A DNA stretch of 64,000 nt from a virus (taxonomy: Duplodnaviria; Caudoviricetes), in IMG/VR virus record IMGVR_UViG_3300031416_000352, positions 6,245 to 70,244 of that record; one strand, given 5' to 3'. Within the stretch, counting starts at the first letter, position 1; each line of letters opens with the position of its first letter. Below the pieces are notes generated by a model, which saw only the letters and a list, made by a program, of their open reading frames with translations, made no database searches and had not been told where the DNA came from. Positions 16,013 through 26,022 of the stretch are shown piece after piece. Position numbers and translations under genes: made by a program.

Positions 16013-17029
16013 ATGGCCACATCACCGGCAGGCAAGAAGCCTGCGCCCCGTAAGACCACCAAAAAGCCTGCAGCAGCCGTGAAGAAGCCTGCAGGCAAAG
16101 CCGCGCCTGCGCCCAAGGGTAAAGCGCCGGCACCGAAGGAGACCGCAGCCCGGACGCCAGCCAAGCCCGCTTCCAAGCCTGCGACAAAGCCAGTCCCCAA
16201 GCCGGGAGCTGCTGTGCGGAAGGCCAAGCCAAAGCCCAAGGAACCACCATATTTGGGCTTGACGCCGAAACAACAGCGCTTTGTGGAGGAATACCTGATC
16301 GACCTGAACGGCACTCAGGCGGCCATTCGCGCCGGATACAGCCCGGATACAGCCCGGTTCATCGGGCACGAAAACCTAACAAAACCCTACATTCAGATCG
16401 CCATCGCGGAAGCTCGGAAGGAGCAGCAGAAACGCACTCAAATCACCGCCGACGCCATGCTGCAGCAGGCCTGGCTCATTGCCACCGCTGATGCACGGGA
16501 GCTGATTGAGACTAAGGTTGCTTGCTGTCGTCACTGCTGGGGAGAGAACTTCCGATATCAGCGCACGGTCAGCGAGATGAACCGTGATCGTGGGCAATGG
16601 CTGGAAGCGGGTAAGGACCCCGCAGAGTTCGATGAAATGGGTGGCATCGGTTTCAACCCTCATCTTCCGCCACACTCTGACTGCACTGCATGTGTGGGCG
16701 ATGGTCATGCACGCGAGGTTATCAAGGACACGCGCTATCTGAGTCCGGCCGCAGTGCAACTCTATGCCGGCGTCAAGCGCACGAAGGATGGGTTGCAGGT
16801 GCTGACGCACAGCAAGGAGGCATTTGCCGAAAAGCTGTGGAAGCACCTGGGACTGTACGAGAAGGATAACCAGCAGAAGACCGACCCTCTATCGGCGCTG
16901 CTGCATCGCATTGCCGGCGGCAACGGCAACGGGTTCACGCCCGTGCAGAACGATCCAGAGAGCGACGAGCCCGCCCCTGGTGGTAGCGCCTTCACGCCGC
17001 GCCAGGAGGTGGAAGACGATGGCGACTAA
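16013..17029 (+). CDS. terS: Terminase small subunit with Lys/Ala/Pro-rich N-terminus and Cys4 insert
   Basis: LTPKQQRFVEEYLIDLNGTQAAIRAGYS motif; CRHCWG...CTACVGDG. Confidence 0.93.
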   Translation: MATSPAGKKPAPRKTTKKPAAAVKKPAGKAAPAPKGKAPAPKETAARTPAKPASKPATKPVPKPGAAVRKAKPKPKEPPYLGLTPKQQRFVEEYLIDLNGTQAAIRAGYSPDTARFIGHENLTKPYIQIAIAEARKEQQKRTQITADAMLQQAWLIATADARELIETKVACCRHCWGENFRYQRTVSEMNRDRGQWLEAGKDPAEFDEMGGIGFNPHLPPHSDCTACVGDGHAREVIKDTRYLSPAAVQLYAGVKRTKDGLQVLTHSKEAFAEKLWKHLGLYEKDNQQKTDPLSALLHRIAGGNGNGFTPVQNDPESDEPAPGGSAFTPRQEVEDDGD

Positions 17030-18821
17030 GAGCCGCCGCGCCCTGGTTGCGGCGCGTGTACCTGCCCCTCGTGTTCCAGCAGCTGTGCAGGAGCCTGGCT
17101 GCCTTGACGACGATGAGGCCGTCATTGACGTGGAGCGCGGGCTCGAGCTAGACGACCAACTGGGCTGCAATTGGGCAGCCAAGGGCGCCAAGGGCGCCAA
17201 GCGCGCTAAGCGCGGCCCGCACGTTATCCCTGCCGGGCACCTTCCTGCTGACCCGGGCGAGCTGGAGCGCTGCCTGGCTGATCCTGAATGGCGCCTGTTC
17301 TCCGGCGCGCTTTACCAGATCATCGTCAAGGGTGACGAGACGAAGGACGCGCAGGGCAATGTCATAGACGAGGGCGAGAGCTTTGTGCAGCCCTTCAAGC
17401 CCAACAGGGCGCAGCGCCGCTTCATCAAGCGCCTGTGGCATCGCAACCTGATCCTGAAAGCCCGCCAGCTGGGCTTTACTACCCTGATCGCCATCATGTG
17501 GCTGGATCACGCCATGTGGAACGCCAGCCAGCGCTGCGGGATGATCGCCCAGGACCGCGAGACGGCCGAGGCCATCTTCCGCGACAAGGTTGTGTTTGCC
17601 TACGACCACCTACCCGAAGAGATCCGCGAACGCTTCCCCCTGGCACGCGCCAGCACCAAGGAGCTGGTATTCGCGCACAACAAGAGCAGCCTGCGCGTGG
17701 CCACGTCGGTGCGCGGCGGCACGATCCACCGGCTGCATGTGTCGGAGTTCGGGAAGATATGCGCCAAGTTCCCGGCCAAGGCCGAGGAAGTGGTCACGGG
17801 TTCATTCCAGGCCGTGCCACTGAGCGGCATCATCGTGGTTGAGTCCACGGCCGAGGGCACAGACGGCGAGTTTTACAAGATGTGTCAGCGGGCCATGGCG
17901 CTGGTCACGGGCAAGGCGGTGCTCACACGTGCGCAGTACCGCTTTCACTTCTATGCCTGGTGGCAAGACCCCACCTACACCATGGATCCAGCCGGGGTAT
18001 CCATCGGCGACGAGCTGATCGACTACTTCAACGAGATTGAGCAGCTGATGGGCTGCAAGATCGACGGCGGCCAGCGTGCCTGGTACGCGGAGAAGCAGCG
18101 CAACGACTTCGCGGGCGCCGAGGAACGGATGTGGCGCGAGTACCCAAGCTCGCCGGCCGAGGCCTTCCAGCAGAGCGTGGCGGGCAACTATTTCGCCAAG
18201 GAGCTGATGATCCTCCGCAAGCGCGGCGGCATCACCGACGTGCCAACGCTTGACCTTCCCGTCTACACCTTCTGGGACATCGGCCGCAGCGACGGTACCG
18301 CGATCTGGTTCATGCAGATGCTGGGCCAGGAAGACCGCTTTATCTGGTACTACGAGGGCCACAACGAGGACTTGCGCCACTACGCCCACGAGCTGCAGAA
18401 GCGCGGCTACGTCTACGGCGCGCACTTCCTGCCCCACGACGCCGACCACAAGAAGCTGAGTGACTACAACCGTTCGGTGAAGGAGCAGCTGCAGCTGCTG
18501 CTGCCAGGGCAGACGTTCTTCATCGTGCCGGTAGTGAGCCAGCTGATGACCGGCATCTACGCGACACGCAAGCACATCAAGACGGCTTGGTTTGACCTGG
18601 ACGGCACCAAGCAGGGCATCGAGCGCCTGACCCACTACAAGAAGAAGTGGAGCACCGCCGACTCTCGATACCTGGACGAGACACCAGACAAGAGCAACGG
18701 CTGCAGCGAGGGCGCAGACGCCTTCCGCCAGTACGCGCAGGCCAAGGAGCTGGGCCTGATAGCCAGCGCGGCCAGCACGAGGAACGACTACACCGAGGCC
18801 CCGGACCCGGTTTGCCATTGA
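17019..18821 (+). CDS. terL: Terminase large subunit
   Basis: ILKARQLGFTT Walker A, LHVSEFG Walker B, IVVESTAEG motif III, nuclease WDIG..D and ADAFR. Confidence 0.95.
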   Translation: MATKSRRALVAARVPAPRVPAAVQEPGCLDDDEAVIDVERGLELDDQLGCNWAAKGAKGAKRAKRGPHVIPAGHLPADPGELERCLADPEWRLFSGALYQIIVKGDETKDAQGNVIDEGESFVQPFKPNRAQRRFIKRLWHRNLILKARQLGFTTLIAIMWLDHAMWNASQRCGMIAQDRETAEAIFRDKVVFAYDHLPEEIRERFPLARASTKELVFAHNKSSLRVATSVRGGTIHRLHVSEFGKICAKFPAKAEEVVTGSFQAVPLSGIIVVESTAEGTDGEFYKMCQRAMALVTGKAVLTRAQYRFHFYAWWQDPTYTMDPAGVSIGDELIDYFNEIEQLMGCKIDGGQRAWYAEKQRNDFAGAEERMWREYPSSPAEAFQQSVAGNYFAKELMILRKRGGITDVPTLDLPVYTFWDIGRSDGTAIWFMQMLGQEDRFIWYYEGHNEDLRHYAHELQKRGYVYGAHFLPHDADHKKLSDYNRSVKEQLQLLLPGQTFFIVPVVSQLMTGIYATRKHIKTAWFDLDGTKQGIERLTHYKKKWSTADSRYLDETPDKSNGCSEGADAFRQYAQAKELGLIASAASTRNDYTEAPDPVCH

Positions 18822-18831
18822 GGACCACACC

Positions 18832-21144
18832 ATGCACGACACACAGACCGAACTTGATCCTGTGGACACCCCGGAAGGCCCTCTCACGGTGGCCGAGTAC
18901 CGCGAGATCCACGAGGAAATCGACAACCAGCCCCGCGATTGGCGCCCAGTGGCTGACCGGGAGATGGACTATGCCGAGGGCAACCAGCTCAAGACCGAGC
19001 TGCTGGAGGCGCAGAAGAAACTGGGCATTCCCCCATCCATGGAGAACCTGATCGGCGCGGCGCTCGAAGGCATTCGCGGCCACGAGGAAGCGACCCGCAC
19101 AGACTGGCGCGTGACTGCCAACGGCCAGCCAGGCGGCCAGGACGTGGCCGACGCCATCAGCTTCAAGCTCAACGAGGCAGAGCGCAACGCAAAGGCCGAT
19201 GACGCCTGCAGCAAGGCCTTCTATCCGCAGATCGGGGTGGGGCTGGGCTGGGTGGAGGTGACGAAAGGCGATGACCCATTTGCCTTCCCCTACCAGTGCA
19301 AGGCCGTCAACCGAAACGAGATTCACTGGGACTGGGCTGCGCAGGAGGATGACTTGTCCGATGCGCGGTGGCTGCGCCGTCAGCGCTGGATGCACCCCAG
19401 CCGCCTGGCGCGGGTGTTCCCCGAGCATGCAGAGCTGATCCGCCGATTTGGCAAGGCCGGCACGGGCTGGTGGAGCGAGTACGACGATGTGGGCTACGGA
19501 GGTGGCAGCACGGGTATGAGCCGTGCCTTTGACGTGGCACGCTCCTGGACGCTGGCCGAGGATCGCTGGTACAACCCTTTCAACAAGGAAGTGTGCGCGA
19601 CCGAGCTGTGGTATCGCCGCTGGGTTGATGTGGTGGTGCTCAAGAGCCGCGACGGCCGGGTGGTGGAGTACGACGAGGCGAACCCCGCGCACGTTCACGC
19701 GGTGGCCAATCGCCTGGTGGAGTTCCGGCGCTCCGTGGTGGCGCGGGTGCGCCGCAGCTATTGGCTGGGGCCTCACGTCCTGTTCGACGGCCCGACGCCC
19801 TATGCGCATCGCTTCTTCCCCTATGTGCCGTTCTGGGGCTTCCGCGAGGAAAACACGCGCGTGCCCTTCGGCTACATCCGTAACATGCTCTACCAGCAGG
19901 ACACGCTCAACAGCGGCAACAGCCGGCTGCGCTGGGGCATGAGTGCCTACCGCGTGACGCGCACCAAGGGCGCGGTGGCTATGCCTGACGATGTGTTTCG
20001 CCGCACCATCGGCCGCCTCGATGCCGACATCGTGCTCGACTCTGCCCACATGGCGCAGCCGGGCGCAACCTTCAAGGTGGAGCGCGATTACGAGCTGAAC
20101 GCGCAGCAGCTGGACATGCTGGCCAGCGCGCGCCAGGCCATTGAGCGCGTGAACCCAGCTGCAGCAGGGGCATTCAGCGGCCGGCGCGGCACCGCGACCA
20201 GCGGCGTGCAGGAGCAGACCCAGGTAGACCAGGCAAACCAGAGCCTGGCGCACATGATGGGCAACTTCAAGCGTGGCCGCACCCAGGTGGGCGAGCTGCT
20301 GATGTCGATGATCGTGCAGGACATGGGCAAGGAGGAAACCACGGTGGTGATCGCGGGCGATGCGCTCACGCCAGAGCGCACCATCGTCATCAACCACCCA
20401 GAGGCAGATCCGGTGACGGGCTACCCCTACCTTTCCAATGACCTGCAGCGCACGCGGCTGATGGTGGGCTTGGAGGACGTGCCGAGCAGCCCGACCTATC
20501 GCGGCCAGCAGCTCAACGCTATGAGCGAGGTAGTGAAGGCAATGCCGCCGCAGTTCCAAGCCGTGGTGATGCCGCTGATGGCTTCCCTGATGGACGTGCC
20601 ATTCAAGGACCAGCTGGTGACAGCGCTGCAAAAGGCAGGATCCCAGGAATCGCCCGAGCAGGTGGAGCAGCGCATCAAGCAAGCCGTGGCCCAGGCGCTC
20701 AAGGACGCCGGCAACGAGCTCAAGGCGCGCGAGCTGGACATGAAAGAGCGCAAGACGGACGCGGAAATCAAGCAGATCGTGGCCCAGGCAGTGCAGATCG
20801 GCGTGCAGGCGGCATTCGGCTCGATGCAGGGCGCGGCCCAGGTGGCACAGATGCCGATGATCGCCCCCATCGCCGACGCCATCATGCAGGGCGCGGGCTA
20901 CCAGAAGCCAAGCCCAGGTGGCGACGATCCGAACTTCCCTGTGCCTGCGCAGACGGCGGCCATGAACATCAAGAGCCCATACATCCAGGGCCAGGGGCCA
21001 GAGCTTGCGCCCGAAGCGGAGGCCGAGGCAGGCGCGGTTCCGCCCGTTCGCGAGAACACGAGCCCCAACTTCCCACCCGTGCCGCAAGACCCCGGTACCG
21101 GCCAGACCGGCATCGAGACGGCGGCGCCAGGCGACAACCTGTAG
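18832..21144 (+). CDS. Portal protein (P22/N4-like)
   Basis: 770 aa following terL; W...ADREMDYAEGNQ, GIGLGWVEV-like and FPYVPFWGFRE motifs; C-terminal coiled coil. Confidence 0.88.
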   Translation: MHDTQTELDPVDTPEGPLTVAEYREIHEEIDNQPRDWRPVADREMDYAEGNQLKTELLEAQKKLGIPPSMENLIGAALEGIRGHEEATRTDWRVTANGQPGGQDVADAISFKLNEAERNAKADDACSKAFYPQIGVGLGWVEVTKGDDPFAFPYQCKAVNRNEIHWDWAAQEDDLSDARWLRRQRWMHPSRLARVFPEHAELIRRFGKAGTGWWSEYDDVGYGGGSTGMSRAFDVARSWTLAEDRWYNPFNKEVCATELWYRRWVDVVVLKSRDGRVVEYDEANPAHVHAVANRLVEFRRSVVARVRRSYWLGPHVLFDGPTPYAHRFFPYVPFWGFREENTRVPFGYIRNMLYQQDTLNSGNSRLRWGMSAYRVTRTKGAVAMPDDVFRRTIGRLDADIVLDSAHMAQPGATFKVERDYELNAQQLDMLASARQAIERVNPAAAGAFSGRRGTATSGVQEQTQVDQANQSLAHMMGNFKRGRTQVGELLMSMIVQDMGKEETTVVIAGDALTPERTIVINHPEADPVTGYPYLSNDLQRTRLMVGLEDVPSSPTYRGQQLNAMSEVVKAMPPQFQAVVMPLMASLMDVPFKDQLVTALQKAGSQESPEQVEQRIKQAVAQALKDAGNELKARELDMKERKTDAEIKQIVAQAVQIGVQAAFGSMQGAAQVAQMPMIAPIADAIMQGAGYQKPSPGGDDPNFPVPAQTAAMNIKSPYIQGQGPELAPEAEAEAGAVPPVRENTSPNFPPVPQDPGTGQTGIETAAPGDNL

Positions 21145-21160
21145 CCAGCACCACCCCACC

Positions 21161-21186
21161 AAGCCGCCCACAGAGGCGGCTTTTTT
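21161..21186 (+). terminator. Intrinsic terminator after portal
   Basis: aagccgcc/ggcggctt stem plus T run. Confidence 0.8.
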
Positions 21187-21199
21187 CATGCCCGCCCGG

Positions 21200-21236
21200 C
21201 ATAGGGGTTCAGCATCGCGGCCTTCGCGGGTCGAAT
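21200..21236 (+). promoter_or_regulatory. Late promoter 2
   Basis: CATAGGGGT (21200-21208), 22 nt, TCGAAT; the weakest match of the set. Confidence 0.55.
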
Positions 21237-21298
21237 GGGGCTTCCCCGTCATGGCAAGGGGTTGCGCCGGCAGCCACGGCATCTACTTGGAGAACCAC

Positions 21299-21592
21299 AT
21301 GGCCACCACTCGTTCACGTTTCCTGACCCTCTGTATCGCTTCCCTGGGCTTCATCGCTGCCAGCACCGCCCAGGTGGCCACCGCCAGTTTTACCGCTGTG
21401 CGTGCTGCCTGCTTCTACGTCATGAACGCTGTGACGGACGGCCTGAAGTTGTTCGCGCCAGCTGATCCCATTGGTAAGCCACTGTCCGTAGCGCGCAAGC
21501 AGCTGACCGCCCGCGAGCGGCACGACGTTGGCATGTGGACTTGGCTGCGACCCGTGGTGGCGCGGTATTGGCGCGGTGGCGCGTGGGCTTGA
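21299..21592 (+). CDS. Hypothetical 97-aa protein with hydrophobic N-terminus
   Basis: GGAG RBS; sits in its own promoter-terminator unit between portal and scaffold. Confidence 0.65.
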   Translation: MATTRSRFLTLCIASLGFIAASTAQVATASFTAVRAACFYVMNAVTDGLKLFAPADPIGKPLSVARKQLTARERHDVGMWTWLRPVVARYWRGGAWA

Positions 21593-21618
21593 CCTGTCTC
21601 CCTCTCACACCCTGCAGG

Positions 21619-21640
21619 GCCCGCAACAGCGGGTTTTTTT
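21619..21640 (+). terminator. Intrinsic terminator
   Basis: cccgc/gcggg stem plus T7. Confidence 0.75.
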
Positions 21641-21652
21641 GCGCCCGCCCGG

Positions 21653-21689
21653 TATAGGGCTTAGAGATTTTGTCCTCCGAATCGACAGT
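21653..21689 (+). promoter_or_regulatory. Late promoter 3 (scaffold-capsid operon)
   Basis: TATAGGGCT (21653-21661), 22 nt, GACAGT (21684-21689). Confidence 0.72.
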
Positions 21690-21833
21690 GCCTATCAAGC
21701 CGAGCGCGACAGCGTGACGCGAAGACCGGAGCGCGAAAGCGCTGCGGAATGAATAGCAGATGGCGCAGGCGCTCAGGCGTTCGCACCGGATTGCTGGCCC
21801 CCTGCGGCCACGGCGATATGTGGCGGGACAGTC

Positions 21834-22883
21834 ATGACGACATCAACTCAGGATTTCGATTACTCCAACATCGGCGGCGCTCTGTCGCCGGAGCAGGCGG
21901 CTTTGGCTTTGGCCATGGCCGAGGGCGATACCAGCATCTCGCTGGATAACGGTGGCGCGCCCGCGACCACCACTGCACCGGCCACCACGACCCCAGCTGA
22001 TGGCGATGACAAGGCAGGCAAGCCCGACGCCGCCGACACCAGTACCGACAAGGGTGCGCCCGACACCACGACCGAAGCGGAAGACCCCGCCAAGTCCGTG
22101 GTGCTGGCGCGTGATGGCCGACACACCATCCCCTACGAAACGCTGGTGAAGCACCGCGAGGGCGAGCAGCACTGGAAAGAGCAGGCAGAGCAGGCCCAGC
22201 AGCAGCTGGCAGCCCTGCAGGCCCAGGCTCAAGAGCGGGCAGACGCCGGCAAGGCCCCGACCAAGACCGACAACATGGTTGCCACTGCAGAGGCAGCCAT
22301 CGAAGCGGGCGCGGACGCGGGCCTGTTCGGCGACTTCTCCGAAGAAGCGCTTGCGGCAGGCATTCAGAAGCTGGTCAACCAGCAGGTGGAGGCACAGGTT
22401 CAGGCCCAAGTTGGCAAGGCCCTGGCCCCCCTGCAGGCCAAGCAGCAGAAGGATGCCGCTACCGAGCACTACGAGGCCATCTACAGCAAACACCCAGACG
22501 CGGACTCCATCGCCCAGAGCGTGGAGTTCAAGAACTGGGTGAATGCGCAACCCAGTGTCGTGCGCAACGCCTATTGGGCTCTCTTTGACCCCAAGACCGG
22601 CGGTACCGCCTCCGAAATCGTGGAGGTGTTCGACGCCTTCAAGGGCGCGAATGCATCGAAGCCCACCACCACAGCGGCAGCCGATCCCAAGGCCGCCGCA
22701 AGCGCCGCCGTAGCTGGCGCCAAGACCACACCACCCGCAAGCCTGTCGTCCATTCCTGGTGGACACGCGAGCGGCGCCTCGGTCTTGGACGCCACGGCGG
22801 ATATGTCAGGCCCCGATATGTACGCAGCGACGGAGGGCATGACCCCCGCGCAGCTCGAGGCCTGGCTGAACCGTTCCGTTTAA
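21834..22883 (+). CDS. Capsid scaffolding protein
   Basis: Acidic Ala/Gln-rich coiled-coil protein (IPYETL..HRE) immediately before the major capsid gene. Confidence 0.78.
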   Translation: MTTSTQDFDYSNIGGALSPEQAALALAMAEGDTSISLDNGGAPATTTAPATTTPADGDDKAGKPDAADTSTDKGAPDTTTEAEDPAKSVVLARDGRHTIPYETLVKHREGEQHWKEQAEQAQQQLAALQAQAQERADAGKAPTKTDNMVATAEAAIEAGADAGLFGDFSEEALAAGIQKLVNQQVEAQVQAQVGKALAPLQAKQQKDAATEHYEAIYSKHPDADSIAQSVEFKNWVNAQPSVVRNAYWALFDPKTGGTASEIVEVFDAFKGANASKPTTTAAADPKAAASAAVAGAKTTPPASLSSIPGGHASGASVLDATADMSGPDMYAATEGMTPAQLEAWLNRSV

Positions 22884-22893
22884 GGAGCCAGAC

Positions 22894-24186
22894 GTGACTA
22901 CGAAAACCAACACCCCTCATGGCGCACCAGGCGCGATGATCGAGCAGGCCGTAGGTGTCTTCCACACCTGCAGCCAGCGCAACACCCAGATGCGCCACCT
23001 CACGGGCTCCATGCCCAAGGTGGACTCTGCCGTGGCCGCTGCCAAGGGCCGACAGTCCAAGACCTCGATGCCCATCGTGCGCGCGGACAACCTGACCAAG
23101 AACAAGGGTGACGAAATCACCTTCCACTTGGACAACCCAATCGGCGGCTACCCCATCATGGGCAGCGAGTACGCCGAGGGCAAGGGTATCGGCATGTCCT
23201 ATTCCGAGGACAAGCTGCGTGTGAACCAAGCGCGTTTCCCCATCGACATGGGTAACACCATGACGACGCTGCGCAGCCCGTTCGACCAGCGCCGCATGGC
23301 CCGCCCCAAGGCGCAAAAGCTGATGAACCAGTACCTGGACCAGTCGATCCAGGTCCATTTGGCCGGCGCTCGCGGTTTCCACGATCACAAGATCGAATGG
23401 TCTGTGCCAGTGTCCACGCACCCCAAGTTCGCCGAAATCATGGTGAACAAGGTCAAGGCCCCATCGCGCAACCGCCACCTGGTGGCCGGCGCTGGCGCTG
23501 TGGCCGAGCTGAAGAACAACGCGGGCGAGCTGGTTATCTCGACCACCGACACGCTCAGCATGGATGTGCTGGATTCGGTGCGCCAGTGGGGCGATAGCAT
23601 CCCGCTGCCTCCCCCTCCCGTGGAGTTCGACAACGACCAGGCTGCGACCGATAGCCCGATCCGCGTCTTCCTGGCTTCGCCTGCCCAGTACAGCAGCTTC
23701 TCGACGGACCCGGCATTCCGCGCCTTCCAGGCCAATGCCCAGGCCCGTGCCCGCCTGGCCAAGGATCACCCGCTGTTCCTGGGCGATGCAGGCCTGTGGA
23801 ACGGCATCCTGATCCTGAAGAACCCCAAGCCGATTCGCTTCTACGCTGGCGACGAAATCAAGTATTGCGCCTCCTACGACAGCGAAACGGAATCCGGCGT
23901 GCTGGTGCCCGCATCCTTCACCGACAAGTATGCGGTGGATCGTGGCCTGCTGCTGGGCGGCCAGGCGTTGGCGATGGCCTTCGGCGCTTCGGAACATTCG
24001 GGCATCCCGTTCTTCTGGAGCGAAGAGCCGGGCGACCACGGCGACAAGCTGGAAATGTTGATCGGCGCCATCTGGGGTGCATCCAAGATCCGTTTCCTGG
24101 TGGACCACGGTGACCACAAGGAAATCACCGACCACGGCGTGACCGTTCTGGACACCGCTGTGCCAATCATCAAGCCACGCGGCTGA
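22894..24186 (+). CDS. Major capsid protein, N4-gp56-like (DUF4043) family
   Basis: 430 aa, GTG start with AAGGAG RBS; DLTKNKGDEITF-like, VNQARFPID and G.WNGILI motifs. Confidence 0.85.
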   Translation: MTTKTNTPHGAPGAMIEQAVGVFHTCSQRNTQMRHLTGSMPKVDSAVAAAKGRQSKTSMPIVRADNLTKNKGDEITFHLDNPIGGYPIMGSEYAEGKGIGMSYSEDKLRVNQARFPIDMGNTMTTLRSPFDQRRMARPKAQKLMNQYLDQSIQVHLAGARGFHDHKIEWSVPVSTHPKFAEIMVNKVKAPSRNRHLVAGAGAVAELKNNAGELVISTTDTLSMDVLDSVRQWGDSIPLPPPPVEFDNDQAATDSPIRVFLASPAQYSSFSTDPAFRAFQANAQARARLAKDHPLFLGDAGLWNGILILKNPKPIRFYAGDEIKYCASYDSETESGVLVPASFTDKYAVDRGLLLGGQALAMAFGASEHSGIPFFWSEEPGDHGDKLEMLIGAIWGASKIRFLVDHGDHKEITDHGVTVLDTAVPIIKPRG

Positions 24187-24246
24187 TGGTCCAGGGGCTG
24201 GCTACGGCCGGCCCTGTCTTCTCCCCCTTATTTCTCGGAGGCCATC

Positions 24247-24726
24247 ATGGCAACCATCAAGAAGAAATTCATCGGCGATCAGCAGTTTGGCGGTTTCACG
24301 CCTTACGGAAACCTCACCACCCTGCGCGCCGTTCTGGAAACCAACGCCGCTGGCGCCGTCATCAACTCCGACTCCCAGGCCGCAATCGCTGTGGCTGATG
24401 TGGTGGTCCTGCAGGTGCTGCCCGAGGGCTTCCTGCTCGAGGATGCGCAGGTGATCGTGTCCACGGGCATGACGGCTACCGCTACCGGCTCTCTGGGCTT
24501 CATCTATACCGATGGCGTGAATGACGCTGCTGTGCCCCAGGACCCGGCCTATTTTGGCGCCGGCCTGGATGCCGCTGCAGCTGCACGCCTGCGCACCACC
24601 AGCGCCAAGGCACCAGTGAAACTGCCCAAGGAGGCCTATCTGGTCTGGACGCATGCCGGCGCGGCCAACGCCAAGGTGTCGCGCCTGGATGTGATCGTCC
24701 ACGGCGAGCGCCTCGGCCCACGCTGA
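24247..24726 (+). CDS. Putative capsid decoration/cement protein
   Basis: Beta-rich 159-aa ORF after the capsid gene; GGAGG RBS. Confidence 0.65.
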   Translation: MATIKKKFIGDQQFGGFTPYGNLTTLRAVLETNAAGAVINSDSQAAIAVADVVVLQVLPEGFLLEDAQVIVSTGMTATATGSLGFIYTDGVNDAAVPQDPAYFGAGLDAAAAARLRTTSAKAPVKLPKEAYLVWTHAGAANAKVSRLDVIVHGERLGPR

Positions 24727-24788
24727 TCGCTGACGGCTACGGGGCGGGCTTCGGCCTGCCCTATGCCCATCAACCGCAGGAACCAGTT

Positions 24789-25280
24789 ATGACCACTCCC
24801 CAAGAAGTCGCAGTGACCTATAAGGGCACCGACAACCCCTTCAAGGATCGCATGTACCGCTCAGGCCTGACCTTCACGCCTGGGCAAACGCGCGTTCTGC
24901 CCGAGCTGCTGGCTGCGCGCTTCCTGCGCCACGATGACGTTTTCGAGCGCGCCACCGACGCCATGAACGAGCCGGTGCAGATGACCACCGAGCAGGGAAC
25001 CACGGCAGACCAGCAGACCGCGACCACCACCACGCCCCCCGACCAGAAGCAGGACGACACGCAGGCCCAGCTCGCCGCGGCCAAGAAGTCTGAGGACGAG
25101 CAGCGCCTGCAGGATGACGCACGTTTTGCGCTGATCCAGAGCATTGATGCCATGGACCGCAAAGCGCTCATTGGCTGGGCGGAAGTCAACTACCAGCAGA
25201 AGATTCCGGGCAACTCCAGCCTTGACAAGGCGCGGGACATGGCGCGCGGCTTCATTGACCAGTTCGGCATGCCGGCCTGA
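24789..25280 (+). CDS. Hypothetical head-associated protein
   Basis: 163-aa ORF, RBS, operon context. Confidence 0.7.
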   Translation: MTTPQEVAVTYKGTDNPFKDRMYRSGLTFTPGQTRVLPELLAARFLRHDDVFERATDAMNEPVQMTTEQGTTADQQTATTTTPPDQKQDDTQAQLAAAKKSEDEQRLQDDARFALIQSIDAMDRKALIGWAEVNYQQKIPGNSSLDKARDMARGFIDQFGMPA

Positions 25281-25281
25281 T

Positions 25282-25950
25282 ATGCAATTGCGCGAACTGA
25301 TCCGTAAATTTCGTGTGCTTGCCACGGACACGCAGCAGCCGTATCTGTGGGAAGACCCGGATGTGACCGACTGGCTCAACGAGGGCCAGGATGAAGCGTG
25401 CAAGCGCGGCCGGCTGCTGCGCGAGGAAGTTTTGCCGGGCATGTGCCAGATAGCACTGGAGCCGGGCAAGCATACCTACCCCCTGCACGAGAAGGCTTAC
25501 GAGATCATCCATCTGCAGATCCGGCCGGGCTCTGGCAGCGCGCCACGACACATTGCCCTGAAAAGCCGCGAATGGCTGGATGCGGAATGTCCGCGCTGGC
25601 GCGAAGATCCCAATCCAGCATGCATCGCTATCCAGGACGAGCGTTCCTTGCGCTTGGTGGGGATGGTGGAGGCGGGTGATCGGCTGGAGCTGGAGGTCTA
25701 TCGCCTACCGCTCAATCCGATGGCCTGCCCAACCGATGCACCGGAGATCCACGAGGGCAGCCAAGCAAAGCTGATTGAGTGGGCACTTCACAAGGCATAC
25801 AGCATCCCAGACTCCGACACCATCGACCTACAGCGCTCTGCAGCAGCTGAGGCGAACTTCACGGCGCACTTCGGGCTACCGGTGGACAGTGACATGCGCC
25901 GCGCCTCACGAATCGACGTTGCGCACCACACGCAGCTCTATCTCGCCTGA
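25282..25950 (+). CDS. Head-tail adaptor/completion protein
   Basis: YLWEDPDVTDWLNEGQDEACKR and LIEWALHKAYS..D.D motifs typical of podovirus adaptors. Confidence 0.75.
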   Translation: MQLRELIRKFRVLATDTQQPYLWEDPDVTDWLNEGQDEACKRGRLLREEVLPGMCQIALEPGKHTYPLHEKAYEIIHLQIRPGSGSAPRHIALKSREWLDAECPRWREDPNPACIAIQDERSLRLVGMVEAGDRLELEVYRLPLNPMACPTDAPEIHEGSQAKLIEWALHKAYSIPDSDTIDLQRSAAAEANFTAHFGLPVDSDMRRASRIDVAHHTQLYLA

Positions 25951-25955
25951 CCCGG

Positions 25956-26016
25956 TATAGGGTTAGCCAGTCTGCGCCAGCACGGGAAAACTGCCTGGAA
26001 CGAACATTCCAGGAGT
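25956..26016 (+). promoter_or_regulatory. Late promoter 4 with leader hairpin overlapping the SD
   Basis: TATAGGGTT (25956-25964), 22 nt, AAAACT (25987-25992); cctggaa/ttccagg hairpin overlaps AGGAG. Confidence 0.75.
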
Positions 26017-26022
26017 GCCCAA

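Noticed and set aside
17175-17215. GCCAAG(G/C)GC repeat in the terL 5' region (AKGAKGAKRAKR)
   Set aside because: Short low-complexity coding repeat with no evidence of a separate function
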